Assembly (NCBI RefSeq): GCF_964188315.1
Contig: NC_135658.1
Span: 3,472,001 to 3,536,000, forward strand
DNA length: 64,000 bases
Direction: 5' to 3'
Source: Podarcis muralis
Taxonomy: Eukaryota
Shown here: positions 1 through 7,899 of the stretch, piece by piece
How positions within the stretch are numbered: the stretch's first letter is position 1
Layout of the letters: every line of letters starts with the position of its first letter
Program-made: the position numbers and the translations under genes
The notes under the pieces: generated by a model
Told to the model about the DNA's origin: nothing
What the model saw: the letters and a program-made list of their open reading frames with translations, nothing else
The model's database searches: none

Positions 1-1
1 A

Positions 2-1816
2 CTAGAGTCAAACCCAATCAACTCCCAGTACAGTGCCCAAGCCGCTGAGTTAATTGCGCTGCTGCGTGCCTGCGAGATTGGTGAAGGGAAGCGGATAACC
101 ATTTATACGGATAGTAAATACTGTTTCGGCCTCGTGCACACAACCGGCCAAATTTGGCTCCAGAGAGGCTTCCTAACCGCCGCCGGGTCTCAAATCTCGC
201 ACGCCGCCCTAGTTGAGCGACTTCTCACAGCGATCCATCTACCTGCCGCTATAGCCGTTGTCCACTGCAAAGCCCATACCAAGGGCAGGGACTCAGTTTC
301 TAAAGGAAACAGACGAGCCGACAAAGCCGCACAGATGGCTGCCCTACGCATCCCTAACAATGAATCCGAGTTTCAAGCCCTCCAACTACCAGCAGACCTA
401 GACCTTGCAGAAATTTACAAATCTGCCCCAGGGGATGAAAGAGCTATGTGGGAATCGATAGGTGCCACCGAACAACAGGGCATCTGGGTCCTCCCCGATG
501 GAAGAACCGTCCTTCCAAAGGCCTGGACTCCAAAAGTAGTAAGGATTCTTCATCAGCGGACACATTGGGGAAAAGGGAGATTAATGGAACATGTAATTAG
601 ATCTTGGTATGCACCCGGAATAGCTGCTGCCGCAGCAGCAGCATCAAAGAATTGCATTACCTGCCATCGCTTCAATCCCAAGCGTGAACCCAGGAGGCCA
701 CCAGGAGCCAGACCATGGGCCTTTGTCCCCTTTGAGAACTTGCAGCTTGACTTTATCGATCTGCCCCAATGCCAAGGCTTTAAACATGCTTTGATTATAG
801 TGGACCAATTCTCCTCGTGGGTGGAGGGATTCCCTTGCCGAAAAGCTACCGCATCCGTAGTCGCCAGGGCCCTCCTACAGGATATTATTCCCCGCTATGG
901 CATACCCCGCCGCATAGACAGCGATAGGGGAACCCACTTTACTGCAGAGGTGGTGCAACTAGTAGCCAAGACACTCCAGATTAGATGGGACCTCCACACT
1001 CCATACCACCCACAATCCTCTGGCCAAGTAGAGCGTATGAACCAGGAAATAAAAATACAGTTGGGCAAACTTTGCGAGCTCACTGGCCTAAAATGGGTGA
1101 ATGCACTCCCACTGGTTCTTCATAACATCCGCAGCGCCCCAACCGAACGTTTGAAACTCTCTCCATTCGAACTTTTATTCGGGAGACCTCCTCCCGTCTA
1201 CAACACTCTATTCCCACTCTCAGAATTGGAACTGGGGGAAGCAGAACTTACTAATTATGTCATTCAGCTCCAGACACAACTACAGCGTCTCCACCACTAC
1301 GCGGCCATCGAGGGACAGAACCTGCCCATCGACGTCCACGCTCACTCCTTCCACCCTGGTGACTGGATCCTCGTCAAGGTCTACCAGAAGGAACCACTCC
1401 AACCCGCGTGGGAAGGTCCCTACCAAGTACTCTTGACATCGCCAACTGCCGTGAAAGTAGGTGAGAAGAATTCTTGGTTACATCACACTAGGTGCAAGTC
1501 CTCACCCCCTCCACAGGAGACTGAAGAAAGCAACGGCGAGGACTTCACCTTTTCGACTCCACCTGCTCCACCGACCTCATATATTGACGACGACGACCAA
1601 CAGACCGGACCGGATCGGGGCCAAGGTCGGGCTCAACAGACCGGACCAGCAGATCGGGGCCAAGGTCGGGCTCAACAGACCGGACCAGTAGATCGGGGCC
1701 AAGGTCGGGCCCAACAGACCGGACCAGACACCGCGACATCCAACTGGACGTCCGAAATCGTCCCGGATACCAACACCATCAAGCTGCGTTTCAGACACGG
1801 CGACAGCCACGTTTGA
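2..1816 (+). CDS. pol: Retroviral Pol, partial: C-terminal RNase H and integrase
   Basis: SAQAAELIAL / IYTDSKY / VVHCKAH RNase H motifs; HQRTH...CITC zinc-binding motif; LQLDFID, DSDRGTHF, ERMN (DDE); WEGPY (GPY/F); frame open from base 2. Confidence 0.97.
   Translation, partial: LESNPINSQYSAQAAELIALLRACEIGEGKRITIYTDSKYCFGLVHTTGQIWLQRGFLTAAGSQISHAALVERLLTAIHLPAAIAVVHCKAHTKGRDSVSKGNRRADKAAQMAALRIPNNESEFQALQLPADLDLAEIYKSAPGDERAMWESIGATEQQGIWVLPDGRTVLPKAWTPKVVRILHQRTHWGKGRLMEHVIRSWYAPGIAAAAAAASKNCITCHRFNPKREPRRPPGARPWAFVPFENLQLDFIDLPQCQGFKHALIIVDQFSSWVEGFPCRKATASVVARALLQDIIPRYGIPRRIDSDRGTHFTAEVVQLVAKTLQIRWDLHTPYHPQSSGQVERMNQEIKIQLGKLCELTGLKWVNALPLVLHNIRSAPTERLKLSPFELLFGRPPPVYNTLFPLSELELGEAELTNYVIQLQTQLQRLHHYAAIEGQNLPIDVHAHSFHPGDWILVKVYQKEPLQPAWEGPYQVLLTSPTAVKVGEKNSWLHHTRCKSSPPPQETEESNGEDFTFSTPPAPPTSYIDDDDQQTGPDRGQGRAQQTGPADRGQGRAQQTGPVDRGQGRAQQTGPDTATSNWTSEIVPDTNTIKLRFRHGDSHV
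1598..1729 (+). repeat. In-frame 36-39 bp tandem repeat in the integrase tail (QQTGP[A/V]DRGQGRA x3 plus a partial copy)
   Basis: Read directly from the sequence and translation. Confidence 0.95.
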
Positions 1817-2130
1817 CAGCTTGCTTCGTTTGACAGCTCCGCTCTCGGCAGCCCATTTGACAGCTCCGTTGACAGCTTGCTTCGTTTGACAGCTTTGCTT
1901 ACGGCAGTTCATCTGACAGCTCCATTTGACAGCTCCGTTGACAGCTTGCTTCGTTTGACAGCTCCTCTTACGGCAGTTCATCTGACAACTCCATTTGACA
2001 GCTCTGTTGACAGCTTGCTTCGTTTGGCAGCCTCGCTTTTGACAGTTCATCTGGCAGCTCCTTTTGACAGCTTCATCTGATAGCTTCACCTTACAGCCTC
2101 GCTCTATCTGACACCTTCGTTCGTTTGACA
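1814..2130 (+). repeat. TGACAG-motif array between pol stop and env start (about 13 exact copies plus variants)
   Basis: Counted by eye; the pol stop TGA is itself the first TGACAG. Confidence 0.9.
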
Positions 2131-2142
2131 CGCATCCAAACC

Positions 2143-4170
2143 ATGGGTCTGACCTGCACCGCCCTTCTTCTCGCCGCCTTATCCTGGGTCACATCCACAT
2201 CATCAGACCACTGCACAGGGTTGCAAACGGACTATCACTTCTTGGACTATCACGAGGTCGAGACGGGAAGGTCTAACCCTGATCGAATGGGGGACTTTGA
2301 TTTCTGCCTTCCTGAGTCTCGGACCCTACTGCGCCATTCTTTAGTACCCCGACTCGGCAACGACGAATACTGGGAACTTTTTATCCGAAACAAGGACTTG
2401 CGCCGTATCGGGTCCGCGGCCCTCACTCTTGACCACTCCTCTTACCGGCTGACCTGCCAAAACGGGACTTATCTTCTTTACACGAACGGAGAAATCTCAC
2501 AAAACCCGAACTGGACCGAAGTCGAGATAGGAGGGGCCTCCCACGCTTACACGGACTCAAACCACCCCTCTGGAAACTTGATTTTCGGGTTCCAGTGTCT
2601 CCTCTCCATTTCAGAAACCCGGAAGCCTCAACTCCAGGGGCTCTGTCTGCGACGATTCTGCTGCGTATGGAACCTAGGGGTCACTCATGAGTGGAAAGGG
2701 GCTGAATATCTCGAAGGTTGGCACCATCCCATACACCCTTCGTGCTCCCCCTCATGGGACCACGTCGGACCCCTGAGATGCGGCGGTATCGCCAGGGATA
2801 GGCGACTATTAAACACTACCGACCCACTCCACCCAGTCGGCACCGCACCTCGACAATTCCGCACTGACTCTGCACTTCCAGGAGAAGACCTCCTTTCGTC
2901 CTGGGAGCAAAACTCCTATATTAAACTTCTCAGCCAGGTTGCAAAGGAGGCACCCTACCCAGACTGCTGGATCTGTGCCCACGCGCCCAGCCACCTCCAG
3001 CAGAGCCTCCCACTAGTCCCAGTGCCAGTGACCCTTGAACAATTCCGTTCCGGAAACGTCACTTCCTGGAACTTAACTGCGCTCAACTTGACACATCAAT
3101 ATCTCTATCTCACCGGCCCTACAAAGGGGCCCCTTTGCCGCAGCTTCTCCGGAGAAGGAACCTTCATTGGATCCAGTACATGTTCCAACACTCTCGAAAT
3201 CCTGCCAACTGGCCTAGTCACTGTCACCAATACTAGGGATCCCCGGACTTTTCCAAACCTCACCGTCGCCTGGGCCGCTGCCGTCAGACACCCCTTCGAC
3301 TGGAAGCCCCAACCCTCGGACTCCATGCTGCTGCAAACCTTTGCTTCAGGCAGAATGGAATCTTACCTCAGCGGCCTATTCTGGGTGTGTGGACACCGCG
3401 CATATACATGGGTGAGCCCACACATGTCCGGATCCTGCTTCGTCGGCTACATTGTCCCCGGAATTAGGATAGTTCCACATCTACCCCCTGGAAGACAACG
3501 GAATAAAAGGGAGCAAAGGGAGCTGTCAGACCTGTCAGATGTTGCTGCAAACGGAGAGACCGTAGGCCGAGCACTTTTCCCTGCCTACGGTGCCGGTTCA
3601 AACCATGTGGATATCCTCCGACTCACCGACATCCTCCTTAAGTTCATGCAGGAGGCGACCCAGATCACAGACTCTCTCATGACGGAACTATCCGAGGTAA
3701 GGCAGTTGAGCTTACAGACGAGGATTGCAACGGACTTCCTCTTGTCCAGTCAAGGAGGCACCTGTGCCTTAATAGGCACCGAGTGCTGCACATACGTAAC
3801 CGACCAGACCTTAAATATAACTGGACATTTGAACAATATTCACGAGTTAGCAGGGAGGCTACACGACATCCAGCATGAGGGACTATCCGATGTGGACCTG
3901 TGGGGATGGTTACCCAAGTTGGGATGGCTCCGACAATTATTGAAGGTCATGTTGCTCATCATCTTGGCCGCTATCTTTTGTGTGTCTATTTTATGTTGTA
4001 CTATGCACTGTATTAATCCCTGCTGTTCCCTCCTCCGCCTCCGCCACTCTACCTCGCCTAACTCCTTCTCTCTTCGGGCCTATTCCCGCTCCCGACATAC
4101 CCCCACCTTCCCAGACTATGTACAGATGAGGCATCTGGGGGAAGGGGAATACGAGATCACTGAAATTTAG
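2143..4170 (+). CDS. env: Envelope glycoprotein, gamma-type, intact
   Basis: ACCATGG start and hydrophobic signal peptide; CWIC (CxxC); furin site RQRNKR; ISD-like LQTRIATDFLLSSQGGTC; CX6CC (CALIGTECC); TM helix; YVQM tail motif. Confidence 0.96.
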   Translation: MGLTCTALLLAALSWVTSTSSDHCTGLQTDYHFLDYHEVETGRSNPDRMGDFDFCLPESRTLLRHSLVPRLGNDEYWELFIRNKDLRRIGSAALTLDHSSYRLTCQNGTYLLYTNGEISQNPNWTEVEIGGASHAYTDSNHPSGNLIFGFQCLLSISETRKPQLQGLCLRRFCCVWNLGVTHEWKGAEYLEGWHHPIHPSCSPSWDHVGPLRCGGIARDRRLLNTTDPLHPVGTAPRQFRTDSALPGEDLLSSWEQNSYIKLLSQVAKEAPYPDCWICAHAPSHLQQSLPLVPVPVTLEQFRSGNVTSWNLTALNLTHQYLYLTGPTKGPLCRSFSGEGTFIGSSTCSNTLEILPTGLVTVTNTRDPRTFPNLTVAWAAAVRHPFDWKPQPSDSMLLQTFASGRMESYLSGLFWVCGHRAYTWVSPHMSGSCFVGYIVPGIRIVPHLPPGRQRNKREQRELSDLSDVAANGETVGRALFPAYGAGSNHVDILRLTDILLKFMQEATQITDSLMTELSEVRQLSLQTRIATDFLLSSQGGTCALIGTECCTYVTDQTLNITGHLNNIHELAGRLHDIQHEGLSDVDLWGWLPKLGWLRQLLKVMLLIILAAIFCVSILCCTMHCINPCCSLLRLRHSTSPNSFSLRAYSRSRHTPTFPDYVQMRHLGEGEYEITEI

Positions 4171-4184
4171 CGTTCCTGTGGTGC

Positions 4185-4234
4185 GGAGAAAGGATTTGCA
4201 AGTTCCTTCAGAACTTTGATGCAAATCTATCTCC
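4185..4234 (+). other. Predicted stem-loop immediately upstream of the PPT (ERV1)
   Basis: GGAGA/TCTCC, GATTTGC/GCAAATC and AAGTTC/GAACTT arms; conserved in ERV2. Confidence 0.6.
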
Positions 4235-4245
4235 GAATGGGGGAC

Positions 4246-5385
4246 TGATACGGATCGGAAGGGGGGGGTACCTCCTCTCCCCCCTCTCCCTTGAACGACC
4301 GAGGCGATGACCTCAAGGGTATCCACCGTTCACCCACCCTCAGTTCCTCTCACCGTTACACAAGCACCACACTTCTCCCAGACCCCTTTTACTCTTCCTT
4401 CTTTCACGAGCGAAATAAGCTCAAACATATAAATATATTCTCCTATCTCTTCCTATGGCTATTTGCGCTCCATACTTAGAACGAGTAGACCGGGCGTTCC
4501 TATATCTCCGCTTATTCCTATGGCTGCGTCTTAGCCAATCACAGCCATGCATTTGTCCTGCAGGAGCTAGCTCAGGGAGCCCTTGCACGCCTCATTTGAC
4601 CTACTGACAAGCTGTTGACGGCCCCCCACTGTGAGAACAATGGATCCGAAACCAGAGACCTCGTAAAACTGTCAAAATGTATCCATTCTTGCTACAATGT
4701 GTCCATTTTGTTTCCGCTTTTGATCACCAGTACGGAATGGGTCAGACAACATAGAAAACCTTTGGAAATTGATATAAAATCAGCCATAACTCCAATTTCC
4801 TAGCTCTTGGTGTCATTTAACTCAGCTCCCCTTGGACTCCATGATGCCACCCCGACCTCCATAATCCCTGAAGCGGCAGGTCACGTACACAGGAACTTCT
4901 TAATCCTGTCAGATCGTCCTGCCTAACCCTTCCTCCGGGCAATACCAGGTGGCAGACGATGTATATCACTGTCCCATTGTCCTGCCACCACCGGTACTCA
5001 AGAAATGTTTATTTATGCATATCCCTCACTCTGCGCATTTCCCCTCCCTTGTCTTAAATGTTAATCAGTGTAACCCCACCTCTCTGTAAACATATTCATG
5101 ACGTGTGTAAAATATTCATGATGTAACCCGTGAAACCCAACCTTCCCACAATGTATTCATGACGTTTTCGTGCACTGTATTCTGGGACTTGGAGGGAACT
5201 TTTAAAAGTTTATGTCGCCCCATTCTCGGGGTTCAATCCCACTTTGAACCTGTTGCGCAATAAACTTGGATCTTCGTATTTTGCTCCTGCGTCCGGCTGA
5301 GCTTCCTTTTCTTCCGCTAGAATCCACGGACTTGGTCCGATTGGCTGGGTGGCAGGGTAAATACGCACCCAGATTTTCCGTAACA
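4246..5385 (+). repeat. ERV1 3' LTR (1140 bp)
   Basis: TG...CA ends with imperfect inverted repeat; follows the GAATGGGGGAC PPT; CCAAT, TTTTAAAAG TATA-like and AATAAA signals; homologous to the ERV2 LTRs. Confidence 0.93.
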
Positions 5386-5456
5386 AGGTTAAGAACAGTT
5401 TCAGGTTAAGAACGGACCTCCGGAACGAATTAAGTACTTAACCCGAGGTACCACTG
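5386..5456. mobile_element. Right end of a Tc1/mariner-type MITE interrupted by ERV1
   Basis: Ends in TAACCCGAGGTACCACTG followed by TA; intact copies at 29528-29728 and 45580-45797. Confidence 0.8.
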
Positions 5457-7410
5457 TATGTCTAATGCTGTAACTTTTGATTGGCTAAAGACCTGATTCA
5501 AGAATGTATAAAGGGAAGCCTCCCCTGTTGGGAAGGGCCGGACTACAGAACTTATTCCTCCGTGCCATTGCTTGCTGCCGGCAAACAATTAAAACTTTCT
5601 TGCTTTAATTCTTCATTTGACTGGCCTATTTGCTACACCACCACTCATCTGGCTGGGTTTATTTATTTATATTTATTTGTACGTGCACACACAATCATTA
5701 TTATCTCATATCAAAAACTGGGAGAGGGTCTCTTAGTCCAGCCCTCCAGTGCACACTTGCAGCCAAAATTGTGGAACTTTCTGGACAAAATGTATTTCCG
5801 AGGTTTGATGGCTCATGACACCACTTTGTTTTGGAGGAATAATAAAGCTTTTTTCCTGTGGGGACGCAGGGGGGCGCATACCCCTAAACATTTTGTGAAT
5901 TTAACAGGAGAAGAAATTCACTGTATTTATCCCCCCCCCCCGTTGTGATTTCCTTGAGACAAAATGAGAGTACCCTAAACATTCTTTTTTAGAAAAAAAG
6001 CACTGAGTTATACCATAAAATCATATATCAACGGAAAGATAATTTAATGAGGAATGTAATGCAATAATTTTTATGAAGGATTATTTATTACAACAGCAGT
6101 CATAAAGAAGAAACGTGAAAGCACAGGAAAAATGAGATACGCAGGTTAAATTGCCGTGTTGACACTTTGCAATAAAATCAATGGGTTTGGGGTTGCAGTT
6201 TGGGGACTCGGTTTCTAAAAGGTTCGCCATCACTGCGCTAGAAGGAATGGAAAGTAGGGGGGGGTCCCCCAAAAGCATCTCTGGAAGTGGGAAAGAAAGA
6301 AAAACACGGAGGGGACAGACGGGCACGCTGGGCTTGGCAAGGGTTAAAGGGAACTGAGCTGCCTTCCTAGAGAGGACAGGAAGCAAGGGGGGGCAGGTCC
6401 TCCAGAGCCAAGGCCCCTCCCTCCCCAGTCCTTTCCTGCAAGGAGGGGGGGTGTTGCTTTGTGTCTCTCCTGCAAGGGCTGCATCGCTGCCCCCTCCTGG
6501 GATCTGGTGAGTCTCCTCTCTCTCTGGGATCTGGTGGGGGTCCCAGGGCTGCAGCAGGGGAGGGGGCCGGGGGGGCCTGATCTGCTCCTGCAGGGGGGGG
6601 GGACCCCAAGTCAGGGAGGAGAGGGTCCTGCCAGGGAGAGGCCAGGTCTGCCACGCTCTCCTTCCTGCAGGTCAGAGGATCCCAAACTCATTTGGCCCTC
6701 CGCCCCCCCCCTTCAGAAAAAATCTCCCTTCTTTAAACAAAGGAGTCCCTGGGACTTTAACTCTGTGTGACGTCGCTCAGCCTCATTGCACAACAGAGGA
6801 AACATCTGCAAATGGTTTTCCAAAGCTGGACGAGGAGGTGGACTAGCCCCCCCCCAAAAAAAAAGGTGGGAGAGAGAGGCCAGGAATAAAGAGAGGGATC
6901 CCAGCCCAGAGTCTGGCTGCTGCATTGGGGACCAGTTTCCCAGTGTCTCCCAGGGCAGCTCCCCACGGAGGCCACTGCAGCAATCCCCTCGCACCCAGAG
7001 CAGGGCATCCCAGGACCACATCCGCTCTCTCCCAAAGGGATTGTTGCTGGAAAAGCAGCCGGAAAAGGGCGCTGCTACTCCCTGAGCCTCCAGGGACCTT
7101 GGCATCAAGGGCTGTGTGTGTGTTAAGCCATCTAGGAGAATAATCATAATAAATTGCCCTCCTAAATTTCAAGGGAGATGTCTTTGGCCCTGCCCATACC
7201 TGGCCCTCAGAGCAAAGAAAAAGGGACCCCACCCCAGGAGTCTGCCTTGAGAATGGCAGAGAGTCCAAGTGCAAGTAAAGGAGACGGAAGCAGGGGAGTG
7301 GGGGGAGCAACTCCTGAGGACCCCCGGGTGAGGACCAAACATCCATTATTCACAAGATACAAATGACTTCCTTGTCAGTCAGGTCTGACTTCAATGCATT
7401 GACTGGAAGG
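5386..7410 (+). repeat. Segmental-duplication block upstream of the KZFP genes (unit A copy; paralogs about 29660-31650 and 45727-46038 plus 57495-59170)
   Basis: Long colinear identity seen by eye; near-identical short ORF translations in the ORF track. Confidence 0.9.
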
Positions 7411-7899
7411 CAGGAGAAACCAGCCTGATTCTTCTCCCAGAAATCCCTTCCGTTGCCTCCACATTTTCCATTGCAATCTTCCTTCTAGGAGAGCTAGAGG
7501 CTGCTTCCTCCTCTTCCTCTTCCTCCTCCTCCTCCTCCTCCTCCTCCACTTTCTTCTCCCTTTTAAAAAGTCCCTTTCCACCTGGCCTAGGGGGTGAGGC
7601 CCGGACTCACCCAGCCCTACTGTGTTAAATATCTATTCTGTAGTTGACCTCCTTTGCTCCTTTCCTGCTGCTGCACCCTGAGTGTTGGGGAAGGCCGCTC
7701 CCTCCTCAGGCTAATTCCACCTGGCCTAGGGGGCGGGGCCCGCACTCACCTCCGCCACACCTTTAAGGACACTGGTGCTGATGCAGCAAATGTTAAAAAT
7801 GTTTTTATATATTTTAAAGTGTTTTAAAGGTGTTTTTACTATTTACTTTGTTGTACCACCGTGAACAGTGGTTTCTATTTATGTATTTTTATTTTGTTC

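Larger units (their letters stand above)
1..5385 (+). mobile_element. ERV1: class I (gamma/epsilon-like) endogenous retrovirus, 3' half (RNase H, integrase, env, 3' LTR); 5' part lies outside the window
   Basis: Open pol frame, intact env, PPT and a 1140-bp LTR (TGATACGGA...TCCGTAACA); colinear and homologous with the complete provirus at 46039-57494. Confidence 0.97.

Noticed and set aside
1577-2131. Antisense ORFs across the TGACAG arrays and integrase repeats (also 53814-54233) as an HBZ/ASP-like protein
   Set aside because: They start at GTG/TTG, not ATG; low-complexity repeats lack stops on that strand; the translations are not alignable beyond the repeat core.
1-4170. ERV1 and ERV2 as one insertion copied by segmental duplication
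   Set aside because: Insertion points differ by about 310 bp in the paralogous unit, and the internal sequences are far more diverged than the flanking duplicated DNA.
6081-7346. Cluster of 60-170 aa ORFs repeated in all three units (and 31979-33393, 59511-60924)
   Set aside because: Recurrence reflects segmental duplication; frames are broken differently between paralogs and there are no domain motifs.
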